NCBI GenBank assembly: GCA_043732705.1
Contig: JAYTHE010000032.1
Coordinates: 2,005 to 66,004, forward strand
Direction of reading: 5' to 3'
DNA from: Candidatus Omnitrophota bacterium
GTDB taxonomy: Bacteria; Omnitrophota; Omnitrophia; Omnitrophales; Aquincolibacteriaceae
Length of the DNA stretch: 64,000 nt
Shown: positions 38,711-47,993 of the stretch, in pieces
How the letters are laid out: each line of letters starts with the position of its first letter
How positions within the stretch are numbered: the stretch's first letter is position 1
The notes under the pieces: model-generated
Told to the model about the DNA's origin: nothing
Database searches by the model: none
What the model saw: the letters and a program-made list of their open reading frames with translations, nothing else
Position numbers and translations under genes: made by a program

Positions 38711-40548
38711 AGCGCGTTATCCGATTGTTAACTTTCGGAATCGCGACTTTTGTTTTAACCGCTTTTTCTGTTTCTTCCACTCAGGCTGAATCGCTTGCCA
38801 TGCGTGAAATTCGAGTTGCTGCCGCAGTGTCACCCGGGTTTCAATCTTTACCGGAATGGAAATCTGATTTTGAAAGGCGTTTGATCTACGCCTCACGAAT
38901 TTTTGAAAGTGAATTTAAGATTAAATTCAAATTGGTTCGCTACGTGAAATGGACGCCTTCCGAGGAAGCCGCGGAAATGACCTCTTTGCTTGAACAATTG
39001 CGCGGGGATATTAACCTGGCTGATGTGGATATTGTGATTGGTCTGACTCATTACAATGTGGCTCCCGACCACCCTGATATGAAGGATTTGCACACTCTGG
39101 GGCAAGCCCGGCCGTTTTCAGGGCATCTGGTGATTCGCTATCCCGCTAATAAGCTTTACAAGGTACAGGAAGAAACCGTGCTTGCGCATGAGCTGGGACA
39201 TGTGTTCGGCGCCGTACATACCGATGACCCCAACAGTATTATGTCGCCAGTGGTAGACCGCCAAATTCCCGTGCGATTTGATGCCGAAAACCGGCAGATT
39301 ATTCTCGAGACGCGGGCCATTAACGTGAATCGCGGCGCTGAATCCCTTCCAACCAATATGCTGCAACGATTATTGCGCTCTTATTTAAAAATGATCGGCA
39401 AAAACGGCTCCTCCGATTTTTATTATTCAATCGGACTTTTTTATTTACAGTTGGGTCAGCCCAATGACGCGATCAAGGCTTGGAAAAGAGCGGTGAGTGT
39501 TGACCCGGAAAATCCCGAGTGGCGCTATAACTTGGGCGCGCTTTATTTCAAATCAGGCGATTTTGCGCACGCGATTCCGGAGCTGAGCCAGGCCGTTTCG
39601 GGATTCCGGTTTGACGTGCAAAAACCAATGCAGGCATCGGCGTTGACCATTTTAGGCGAAGCTTATTTTGAGCAGGACAATATGTTCGCCGCGAATAATG
39701 CGTGGACTCGTGCGTTGGGTTTACAGCCGGGTGATCTCGAGCTTCAAGCGGGCTTGGCGGGAGTTAAATTTAAACAGGGCCAAATCAGTAATGCGATTGA
39801 TGATTTTCAGCGAATTTTAAAGAAGGATCCAAAAAATTTACGGTCTTTGATTTATTTAGGGAAAGCGCTGCATCAACAGCAGAAAATGCCGGAAGCGGTG
39901 CAGTATTTTGAACTCGCGCTCACCGAACTGAACCGCCAGCCGCGTACCCCCGGCCAAGTTCAGCAGTTGAGTACTGTTTACGGAGAACTTGGAAATATTT
40001 ATCTGACGCTTGATAATCAAAAACAAGCCTTTGAAAATTTTCAAGCAGCATGTGATTTAGCCCCTTCCGGCGAATGCCACAAGCAATTGGGTGTGACGAT
40101 GTTTAGTATGCGGCAATGGGGAGAAGCCTCGCGGGAATTTGCGCAGGCTTTGCAGTTTAATAAAGAGGATGCGGATGTTTATGGCATGATGGGAACAGCG
40201 CTCGCGCAGAATGATGACTTTCCCAATGCGGTCGGAGTTTTTAAAGAAGGTTTAAAATACGCGAAGGATCCAAAAATGCAGGCGCGCTTACACCGCAATA
40301 TCGGCAATTTATATTTATCGCAAAAGGGTTATGATCTTGCCGAGCCTGAATTTCAGCTCGCGTTGACGAAAGACTGGAGTGATGTCGACAGCCATTTTGG
40401 CCTAGCGATGGCTCAGCTTGGTAAAGACGAATCCGTTTCGGCGATTGATAGTTTGCGTGACGTTTTGCGTATTGACCCGAGCAATAAACGCGCTCAATCC
40501 ATGCTTGAATCGATTCAGGCCAGCTTAAACAGTCAGCAGCCCGGATAA
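38707..40548 (+). CDS. secreted metzincin-like zinc metalloprotease domain plus C-terminal TPR repeats
   Basis: Signal peptide; HELGHVFGAVH (HExxHxxGxxH) followed by a Met-turn-like SIMSP; more than eight TPR units. Confidence 0.55.
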   Translation: MKRVIRLLTFGIATFVLTAFSVSSTQAESLAMREIRVAAAVSPGFQSLPEWKSDFERRLIYASRIFESEFKIKFKLVRYVKWTPSEEAAEMTSLLEQLRGDINLADVDIVIGLTHYNVAPDHPDMKDLHTLGQARPFSGHLVIRYPANKLYKVQEETVLAHELGHVFGAVHTDDPNSIMSPVVDRQIPVRFDAENRQIILETRAINVNRGAESLPTNMLQRLLRSYLKMIGKNGSSDFYYSIGLFYLQLGQPNDAIKAWKRAVSVDPENPEWRYNLGALYFKSGDFAHAIPELSQAVSGFRFDVQKPMQASALTILGEAYFEQDNMFAANNAWTRALGLQPGDLELQAGLAGVKFKQGQISNAIDDFQRILKKDPKNLRSLIYLGKALHQQQKMPEAVQYFELALTELNRQPRTPGQVQQLSTVYGELGNIYLTLDNQKQAFENFQAACDLAPSGECHKQLGVTMFSMRQWGEASREFAQALQFNKEDADVYGMMGTALAQNDDFPNAVGVFKEGLKYAKDPKMQARLHRNIGNLYLSQKGYDLAEPEFQLALTKDWSDVDSHFGLAMAQLGKDESVSAIDSLRDVLRIDPSNKRAQSMLESIQASLNSQQPG

Positions 40549-40561
40549 AGGTGAGGACTTC

Positions 40562-41278
40562 ATGATTTGTCCCCAATGCCGGTCATCATTTTACTTTTTA
40601 GAATCGAGAACTTTGGCTGCTTCCGCGCGCTGTTTAAAATGTAGTCATCGCGGCGCACCCGTCAAATTTTCATACGATACCTATCATTCCGATCTTTACT
40701 CTTCAAAGCCTTACACCCGCAATCTCCGAACCGACCCGCAAATGAAATGGATCCTTTCGCGTCTTAATATTCAGCCGCGTGATGTGGTGATTGACTTAGG
40801 CTGCGGTGTGGGTGATTACACGCGTGAAGCGCGCAATTTAACTGAGCGGGCTGCGGGATATGACCGAGACGCGAATGCCGCAAAAAGAAAGTATCCCGGA
40901 GTTGCTTTTTTTGAACATGATTTGGATCAACCGATTCCCTTGCCGGACGCATCTGTGGATAAGTTGGTTTCAATTAATGTGATCGAACATTTGGTTGATT
41001 GGGATTTTTTTTTGCGAGAATGTCATCGCGTTTTGCGACCGGGGGGTGTGATTGCGCTTTCAACGGCTAATCGCGATTTTCTTCTGCACGCTTTCCATCA
41101 CGATGCCACGCACTATCACGAATGGACTTTAGATCAATTTGTAAAGATTGCGGAAGCCCATTTTTTGACAATTACGGCAAGAAAAGACTGTGCGATGTTT
41201 AATTACTATCCGATTAATTTAATTTTGAGCCATGTTTTGAAACCGGACCTGTCCTGGATTGGGAGAAAGAAGCATTAG
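40562..41278 (+). CDS. zinc-ribbon plus class I SAM-dependent methyltransferase
   Basis: CPQC...CLKC; VIDLGCGVGDYT; LRPGGVIALST. Confidence 0.65.
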   Translation: MICPQCRSSFYFLESRTLAASARCLKCSHRGAPVKFSYDTYHSDLYSSKPYTRNLRTDPQMKWILSRLNIQPRDVVIDLGCGVGDYTREARNLTERAAGYDRDANAAKRKYPGVAFFEHDLDQPIPLPDASVDKLVSINVIEHLVDWDFFLRECHRVLRPGGVIALSTANRDFLLHAFHHDATHYHEWTLDQFVKIAEAHFLTITARKDCAMFNYYPINLILSHVLKPDLSWIGRKKH

Positions 41279-41281
41279 AAT

Positions 41282-42844
41282 ATGAAGTGGATACAGACAA
41301 GGCATACAATTTTTGTACTTATTTTTCTTGCCACAGCGACTTTGACTTTAAGTTGTCTGGGGGTTTTTAGCACCCCTTTCTTTCGCGACTATGTCATTGT
41401 TTTTGAGGGCGGCTACCGAGTGCTTCATGGGCAAATGCCCTATCGCGATTTTTTTATTCCTACAGGCCCCATTATTTTTTATATGCAGGCTTTTTTTGAG
41501 TGCCTTTTTGGAGTTAATCTTTGGGCGTCGGCGATGCACGCAGGGGGGGTGGCGGCAATTTTGATTTGTAACTTTTACCTTGTGACAGTCAAAAAGCTTG
41601 GAAGTTTTGTCAGCTCTGTAATGAGCCTTTTGTTGTATTTTTCATTTACTGGCTACATCACGTATCCCTGGTATAACACCACGGCTTATTTTTTCTTTTT
41701 ACTAAACGTATTATTTTTAATCCCGCTTCTTGACAAAGAAAAATTAGAGGCCAAAGTTTACTTGATTTCAGCGGTTTTGTGCGTGATGACTTTTTTTTCG
41801 AAGCAAGACGTTGGAGTCTTGCATTTTGCCGGACTGTTTGCATTTTTTTCAATACATTACACCGCTGACTTAAAAAAAATATCGTTCTGTTTCTTAGGGG
41901 CGGCTTTCTTATTGGCCGCGGGCATTGCTTTGTTTTTTCAATTCAACGGCGATTTCTTATATTGGTTTGATCACTGGCAAAAAAAAGATTCACAAGTGAT
42001 GGAGAAGTTGGCTAACGGACATTTCTTTTTGCAGTGGCGACTTTATTGTGTTCTTGCTCTCGGAGTTTCACAACTCCTGTTTAAAATTTCAAAAGGTGTT
42101 CGTAAACGACTTTTTATGCTGGCCTTTTTGCTTGGAGTGCCGCTTGTCACTAAGGTTACTTCCGGGTGTTCGTGGCAAGCCACCTTGCAAGGCATTCCCT
42201 TGGTGCTTTATGTGGTTTATGAAATAGTCGAATCCTTCGGCGGACTCTCAATTCAATTAAAGTCTCAGAGACTCGGAATTAAACTCAGTTTGATTTTGCT
42301 TGCATGCATTTCATCCAATCCGTTTTACTTGGTCGGGCGCTATTTTACCGGGAGTTTCCTGACACGTGGTTCTTATGAAGGGAACGCTTGGGCTGAGGGG
42401 ATGAAACGAAAATTTGACCTTGAGGGTTTTGCCCCGATACCGAATGGAAGTTATAAAAACTGCCTTATTAAAAAAGATCTTTTGCCGGGCTTATTCAAAG
42501 TTGAAAAAGCAATGAGTCTTTTTCCGGAGTCTTTTTTTAATATGTCTGAATATGCATTTTTAAATGTTGATTTTAAGCATATTCCGATCATGAAATTGCC
42601 GCTTTGGTTTGATGAGGGCGTATCTTATTCGCATGCAGACGTTCCGAGGATTATGGCGTATGTGCAAGATACCAAGCCGCGGCTTATTTTTTTGCAGGAC
42701 GCGCATACTAATAAAGATCGCGGTCTGCAGATGTTCTACGCCTATTCGTGGATAAAAAAAGGGAAGTATGCTTCGTTGTTCAAGACTGCGGCGCCCGCAG
42801 GCTGGGACATTCACGTTTTAGTTCTGCCACCCGAGAAGCCGTAG
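41282..42844 (+). CDS. polytopic membrane protein (putative GT-C-fold)
   Basis: 520 aa; about 10 transmembrane segments in the N-terminal two thirds, then a soluble C-domain. Confidence 0.45.
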   Translation: MKWIQTRHTIFVLIFLATATLTLSCLGVFSTPFFRDYVIVFEGGYRVLHGQMPYRDFFIPTGPIIFYMQAFFECLFGVNLWASAMHAGGVAAILICNFYLVTVKKLGSFVSSVMSLLLYFSFTGYITYPWYNTTAYFFFLLNVLFLIPLLDKEKLEAKVYLISAVLCVMTFFSKQDVGVLHFAGLFAFFSIHYTADLKKISFCFLGAAFLLAAGIALFFQFNGDFLYWFDHWQKKDSQVMEKLANGHFFLQWRLYCVLALGVSQLLFKISKGVRKRLFMLAFLLGVPLVTKVTSGCSWQATLQGIPLVLYVVYEIVESFGGLSIQLKSQRLGIKLSLILLACISSNPFYLVGRYFTGSFLTRGSYEGNAWAEGMKRKFDLEGFAPIPNGSYKNCLIKKDLLPGLFKVEKAMSLFPESFFNMSEYAFLNVDFKHIPIMKLPLWFDEGVSYSHADVPRIMAYVQDTKPRLIFLQDAHTNKDRGLQMFYAYSWIKKGKYASLFKTAAPAGWDIHVLVLPPEKP

Positions 42845-42866
42845 AAAGACTTTAATTGTGGCGAGG

Positions 42867-44063
42867 TTACTTTTGGGTGCGTTTTTTTAGCACTTTGAGC
42901 AGTTCGTTTGCCGCGCGGCGGTGATCCGTAAGTTTAACCCCTAGAACATGCACTGCGCCGTCCGGATCAAAAACAAATTCATGTTCACGTGAAATTTCAT
43001 GCGCCGAAACCGTGTGACGGGGTTTGGCAAGTGGGCGAATGCCGGCATCAGTTGAAAGAATTTCAGACTGAGTGAGTTTTGCTTCCGGGAAAAACTTTTT
43101 GACAGAACTGAGGAGATAGCCGATTTCTTCCTGGGTTGCTTTCACCTCATCCGGGTTGGGTTCAAGTCTTTCGGTCGTGCCGATTCGCGCACAATTTTTA
43201 CGATTAATCACAAAGAAAATGCGCTTATCCTCAGCTTGCAAAATAGCCGAATAATTTGTAAATGGAGGAATTTCAACATGCGCGCCCGCGATTGGCACGA
43301 TTAAGTCACTTTTTATGCCACCGGCTTTTTGCCGTACTTTATCCACCCATGCGCCAGAGGCGTTGACAAGATGCTTAGCATGAAAAACTTCGGGAGAGCC
43401 GTCAATCAAGGCTTCGATGACGAATTGCTTGGATAAATTGTCAAAATGGTAACGAGTCACGGGAGTGCGTTCAAACATTTGAGCGCCTTGAATCCGGGCA
43501 TCTTCGGCAATTTGTTTAACTAGCGCCAAATCATCTGTGGTGTGATCCTGAACAATAACGCCACCCACAAGGCCCTTTGGATTCAATCCCGGCTCGAGGC
43601 GAAGCACTTCTTCCGCGGAACCAAGTATGCGTGTACCTTTTTTTGCACCGCCACATTGGGCAAGAAAGCCGTAAAACCAAGTACCAAAAAAAATAGAAAA
43701 GCGGCTTTGTCCTTGAGTTTTGTAAATTGGCATGAGTAATTCGATTTCTGTGATCAAGTGCGGCCATTGACGCGCTAGGCCGTGAGTTTCTTTGAGCGCG
43801 AGAAATACAAAGCGTAAGTTTTTCCAGAACTCGCCCAAATGTCCCGAAAGCAGGGAAGACCAGGCCGTTTCTAAATAACGCAGCCCACCATGAATCAGTT
43901 TTGAGCTTTTGCTGCTGGTTCCGGAGCCAAAAGTATTTTTTTCAAATAGCACAACACTCAGATCATGGAGCCGGCTTTCGCGCGCGATGGCAGCGCCGGT
44001 GATACCGCCGCCAATAATCGCGATATCGTAAACAACAGTTTTTTTCTGATGCGAAGAGATCAA
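42867..44063 (-). CDS. FAD-dependent oxidoreductase (glycerol-3-phosphate / 2-hydroxyglutarate dehydrogenase-like)
   Basis: DIAIIGGGITGAAIA...EKNTFGSGTSSKSSKLIHGGLRY. Confidence 0.75.
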   Translation of the reverse strand: MISSHQKKTVVYDIAIIGGGITGAAIARESRLHDLSVVLFEKNTFGSGTSSKSSKLIHGGLRYLETAWSSLLSGHLGEFWKNLRFVFLALKETHGLARQWPHLITEIELLMPIYKTQGQSRFSIFFGTWFYGFLAQCGGAKKGTRILGSAEEVLRLEPGLNPKGLVGGVIVQDHTTDDLALVKQIAEDARIQGAQMFERTPVTRYHFDNLSKQFVIEALIDGSPEVFHAKHLVNASGAWVDKVRQKAGGIKSDLIVPIAGAHVEIPPFTNYSAILQAEDKRIFFVINRKNCARIGTTERLEPNPDEVKATQEEIGYLLSSVKKFFPEAKLTQSEILSTDAGIRPLAKPRHTVSAHEISREHEFVFDPDGAVHVLGVKLTDHRRAANELLKVLKKRTQK

Positions 44064-44740
44064 TTTAAACCTTGTCTGGGCAGAGGCTGGCTTTCGCTGG
44101 CGAATTTAAATTCAAAGGGTTCGTTGCCGACAGTAACCTTGATGCGGAGATTGGGAGCATAGTCAAAAGCTTTTAAAGCAGACGCGTCATAAACAATCAG
44201 TCCGTGTGTCGCCATTCCGGGCTGCAAAATAACTTCCCGCAAAAGCCCGCTTGATTTTTGAGCCGACTTAAAAAACTTGGAACTGTTTTTCCCAGCATAA
44301 TCAGCAATCGCTTTGGTCGAAGAAATAATGCGATAAGGGTCCACAAACGGAACTAATGCCGCGACTTCACTCCATTTTGACCAGGTATTGCTTTTTTGAG
44401 AAGCTTCGGGCCAGGCCGATAAATTTTTTGATTCGCTTGAGCCTGCGAGTTTCATTATAAAACCTTCTTCGGTTGAAGCTTCGACGGCATCGGGCGAAAC
44501 AAGTACGGGCTGTTCGCTGAAATTGCTGATTTTAACCAGCACTGTTAATTCATTTTTTTTCTTAATTGAAGTTCTTAGGGCGACGCGTATACCGTCTTTT
44601 TCGATTGCCGGTTCGAGGCTTGTTGGGCCCTGAACCAAACGTTGTTCAGCGGTCTGTATAGAGGTTTGCGTCCAGGCAAAGGGGCTTGGAAACATAACAA
44701 CAAAACCCGACAAAATGAAGGCTAATATTTTTTTAAACAT
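44060..44740 (-). CDS. secreted hypothetical protein
   Basis: Signal peptide MFKKILAFILSGFVVMF. Confidence 0.4.
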   Translation of the reverse strand: MFKKILAFILSGFVVMFPSPFAWTQTSIQTAEQRLVQGPTSLEPAIEKDGIRVALRTSIKKKNELTVLVKISNFSEQPVLVSPDAVEASTEEGFIMKLAGSSESKNLSAWPEASQKSNTWSKWSEVAALVPFVDPYRIISSTKAIADYAGKNSSKFFKSAQKSSGLLREVILQPGMATHGLIVYDASALKAFDYAPNLRIKVTVGNEPFEFKFASESQPLPRQGLN

Positions 44741-44949
44741 ATAAGTATTTCCGTAAATCTATTTATCGACCAATTGAGAAGATAAATAAAGTCTTAAATA
44801 TCAGAAAAGTGCTTGACGCATAACTCAATCAAATTAAGATTGCTTTCTAAAGCTATTGCGTACTTAGCTGCTTACGTCATTGATGCTTAGATCACATACT
44901 TTTGTGAATCTTGACTCGAAGAGGCTGAAAATTTGATAACGAGGTAATT

Positions 44950-45558
44950 ATGAATTTATGGGTGATTTTTCAAAAAGGCGGGCCGATTATGTGGCCGCTG
45001 CTGGTGACTTCGATTATTGCGACTTCGGTTGTGATTGAACGCGTCATTTTTATTATGCAGGAACGCAAAAGACGCAGCGCTTTTGTGGTTGATAAAATTT
45101 TGTCGGCGGTTGAAGAAGGCGACTTAGGCAAAGCAATTGATGTCGGACGCAATTCCGAAGATTTCGTAGCCAGAACATTGATTTATGGATTAGCGCATCG
45201 TGAAAGTTCTTTTTCAAATGCGTTGCTGCGTGCCGCGAATTTAGAGTTGAAACGTTTTAACCAGGGAATTGTCGTGCTTGATACGATTATTACGCTTGCG
45301 CCGCTACTTGGATTGCTTGGTACAGTGACCGGTATGATTCACGCGTTCAGTTTGCTTGGCGGAGCCGAACTTGGCGCGCCGATGGCGATTACGGGTGGCA
45401 TCGCGGAAGCTTTGATTGCCACAGGCTTCGGACTTGCGATCGCGATTATCTCTTTGATTCCGTTTAATTATTTAAATTCATTCGCGGAAATCGCGCGACA
45501 TGAAATAGAAGACGCTTCGTCGCATTTAGAACTCCTTTTAATGCAGACGCAGCCATGA
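44950..45558 (+). CDS. exbB: MotA/TolQ/ExbB proton-channel protein
   Basis: Three transmembrane segments; TIITLAPLLGLLGTVTGMIHAF. Confidence 0.8.
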   Translation: MNLWVIFQKGGPIMWPLLVTSIIATSVVIERVIFIMQERKRRSAFVVDKILSAVEEGDLGKAIDVGRNSEDFVARTLIYGLAHRESSFSNALLRAANLELKRFNQGIVVLDTIITLAPLLGLLGTVTGMIHAFSLLGGAELGAPMAITGGIAEALIATGFGLAIAIISLIPFNYLNSFAEIARHEIEDASSHLELLLMQTQP

Positions 45559-45616
45559 TTTGGCTTTTGGGCGTCGCTCAAATCGCGATGCCCGCAACAA
45601 TGAGAGAAAAGTTTTT

Positions 45617-46057
45617 ATGAGAATTCCGACTCATCAACGCAAACGCGCGCGGATTGAAATCATCCCGTTGATCGATATTATGTTTTTTTTGCTGGCGACC
45701 TTTGTCATGGTTTCGCTTTCGATGGTCAAGAATAACGGCATTGCCGTGAATTTACCCGTCGCGTCGACCGGCGCCGCCCAGGAACGTAAAATTTTGACGA
45801 CACTCACCGTTACTGAAGAAGGCTTTTTGTATATTGATAAAGAAAAGATTTCGATCGAGGCTTTGCCTGCGCGCCTTAAAGTACTGAAAGAAACTGATCC
45901 CGATATGAAAGTTTTTATCAACGGCGATGAAAAAGCTTCTTTCGGTGGAGTGATTAAAGTTTTGGATGAAGTTCGTAAATTAGGCATCACGAAAGTCGCG
46001 CTGCAGACAGCTTCTGCTTCTGCGGTTACACCGCAACCAGCGGGAACAAGAAAATGA
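45617..46057 (+). CDS. exbD: ExbD/TolR biopolymer transport protein
   Basis: IIPLIDIMFFLLATFVMVS; start at the internal ATG with an RBS. Confidence 0.75.
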   Translation: MRIPTHQRKRARIEIIPLIDIMFFLLATFVMVSLSMVKNNGIAVNLPVASTGAAQERKILTTLTVTEEGFLYIDKEKISIEALPARLKVLKETDPDMKVFINGDEKASFGGVIKVLDEVRKLGITKVALQTASASAVTPQPAGTRK

Positions 46058-46785
46058 ATATGACCGCTACGTTTTCAAATGAAATGCGCATGAAGCATAA
46101 AATTTCAATTTGGAATAATCTCGCGGATAAAAAAACACCGCGCTTGGCTAGTTTCATCGCGGCACTTTTGTTTCATGCTGTTTTTTTCTTCATTGGTGGA
46201 ATGATTTTGATTAAGGCCCCCCAATACGCTTTGGATAGGAATCAGGGCGGTGTGGATATTTATCTTGTGGCAGCGCCCGTGCCAACAATTTTTGCCTCTG
46301 CGCCGGAGGCGCAACCGGTGGATCGCATTACCCAAAAATCTGAAATGGATATTCCGGTTTCGAAACCCGTAACCGTGAATCTGCGGGAAGTTAAAAAATT
46401 GGTGAATACCATGAAAGAATCCGTGCATCGCGGCGACGGAAGTTCTGCTCTTTCCGGAGAAAATGCGACAACTGTTTCATCCTCCGGTAATGGTCAAACA
46501 AAAGAAAAACCGGGATATTTAAAAAATCCACCTCCGGCCTACCCTTATGAATCGATACAAAGGGGGCAGGAGGGGTTGGTGATGTTGTTAGTTTCGATTG
46601 ACCGTTTTGGACATCCGCTTAAAGTGGAACTGAAGCAAGGTTCGGGATTTTATTTACTTGATCGCTCCGCGATGAAAGCGGTTAAGAAGTGGGAATTCAG
46701 CCCTGCACGGATGGGCGCGCTGGCTGTAGATACGCAAATTACAATTCCGGTTCGTTTTCGCCTCGACGACGTTAAAAAGCGCTAA
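46054..46785 (+). CDS. tonB: TonB-family energy transducer
   Basis: N-terminal transmembrane segment; C-terminal TonB domain YPYESIQRGQEGLVMLLVSID...FSPAR. Confidence 0.7.
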   Translation: MNMTATFSNEMRMKHKISIWNNLADKKTPRLASFIAALLFHAVFFFIGGMILIKAPQYALDRNQGGVDIYLVAAPVPTIFASAPEAQPVDRITQKSEMDIPVSKPVTVNLREVKKLVNTMKESVHRGDGSSALSGENATTVSSSGNGQTKEKPGYLKNPPPAYPYESIQRGQEGLVMLLVSIDRFGHPLKVELKQGSGFYLLDRSAMKAVKKWEFSPARMGALAVDTQITIPVRFRLDDVKKR

Positions 46786-46790
46786 AAATT

Positions 46791-47105
46791 TTGAAATCAG
46801 AATCTGATATCAAACGTTTAAAAATTACGCTGCTAGTTGCGGGACTTATGCTGTGTGTTGCGGTTCTGCCTTCATTGCCCTATTACTTTTTTATTTTACT
46901 TCGCTGCGTGATTTGTGGAGCTGCGGTTTATGCTGCGGTGGCATTGCGAACCGAAGATGCGCCACTCTCGAATCATTTTATTCCGTTGGCGATTCTGGCA
47001 ACTTTATTCAACCCCATGATCCCGGTTCAATTGTCGTATTCGCTTTGGCTGGTGATTGATCTTGGCACAGCGGTTTATTTTTCGATTCTAGTTAGACAAT
47101 TATGA
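46791..47105 (+). CDS. small membrane protein
   Basis: 104 aa with three hydrophobic helices. Confidence 0.35.
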   Translation: MKSESDIKRLKITLLVAGLMLCVAVLPSLPYYFFILLRCVICGAAVYAAVALRTEDAPLSNHFIPLAILATLFNPMIPVQLSYSLWLVIDLGTAVYFSILVRQL

Positions 47106-47173
47106 TGCAAATACTTCTCGTTTCTTGTCAGTCTTTCCATCTGCTATAATTCTTCATTCATTAATTACGATTA

Positions 47174-47290
47174 GAAGGTAACAAAGCATGAAGATACTAT
47201 TGCGCCGAAGGCGCATAAATATAACTGGTGGGTCCACAGTAAAGTATCTTCACTGCGACGGAGTCGCATGAAGATACTTTACTGTGGTGA
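47174..47290 (+). promoter_or_regulatory. leader region with a 27-codon Arg-rich upstream ORF (47188..47271) whose stop overlaps the main start (ATGA), and a ~25-bp hairpin (47234-47259 / 47263-47287) burying the main AUG
   Basis: Leader ORF translates as MKILLRRRRINITGGSTVKYLHCDGVA; RBS GAAGGT; the left hairpin arm can alternatively pair with the leader start region (shared TGAAGATACT). Confidence 0.5.
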
Positions 47291-47993
47291 CAGTCACGAA
47301 GGCGGTCCGGCAAATTACCTGCTGGGCATTTTGAATTATAATAACGCAGATGTGACGCACATTCCTCCAGGAGTTCAGCTTGAGCCGCAAATTTTCAACC
47401 AGCGTTTTGATGCGATTATTTTGAGTGATTATGGCCGCGATTGCGTTTCCGCTAAAGCCGAAGAAAAAATTATTTATCAGGTTTTGTCGGGAACAGGCCT
47501 TCTGATGGTGGGCGGCTGGGGTTCTTTTTCAGGGCCTTTCGGAAATTGGAAGGGTTCCGAAATTGAAAAGCTTTTGCCGGTGGATTGTCTCAAAAAAGAC
47601 GATCGGCATAATTTAGGTTCAGGGCTTTATGTGTTTAAAAAGAAAAACAACCCTATTCTTAAGGGCGTGAACTTAAAGCAATCACCCGTGATTATCGGTT
47701 TTAACGAAGTGAAGCCAAAAGAAAATGCCGACGTGATTTTAACGCTTAAAGCTTTTCAACCGTCCAAAAAGAGTTTTTCAAAACAAGAATATCCACTTTT
47801 AGTGTTAAACAAAAATCCCGAAATTCGCACTGCTGCTTTTACGACCGATTTCGCACCGCACTGGTGCGGCGGACTTGTAGATTGGGGTAATAAGCGCTGC
47901 AAACTTTTCGTATCAAAAGATATTCAAATTGAAATCGGTGATCAGTACGTTCAGTTTGTTTCACAGATTTTGAAATGGGCCGCACGCGCCTAA
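47268..47993 (+). CDS. hypothetical protein, possibly class I glutamine-amidotransferase-like fold
   Basis: 241 aa; no firm motif; first gene of the photolyase operon. Confidence 0.35.
   Translation: MKILYCGDSHEGGPANYLLGILNYNNADVTHIPPGVQLEPQIFNQRFDAIILSDYGRDCVSAKAEEKIIYQVLSGTGLLMVGGWGSFSGPFGNWKGSEIEKLLPVDCLKKDDRHNLGSGLYVFKKKNNPILKGVNLKQSPVIIGFNEVKPKENADVILTLKAFQPSKKSFSKQEYPLLVLNKNPEIRTAAFTTDFAPHWCGGLVDWGNKRCKLFVSKDIQIEIGDQYVQFVSQILKWAARA

Noticed and set aside
44741-44949. Possible Fur-box-like sequence (TGATAACGAGGTAATTAT) upstream of exbB-exbD-tonB
   Set aside because: Only a partial match to the GATAATGATAATCATTATC consensus; too weak to call without a genome-wide motif model.
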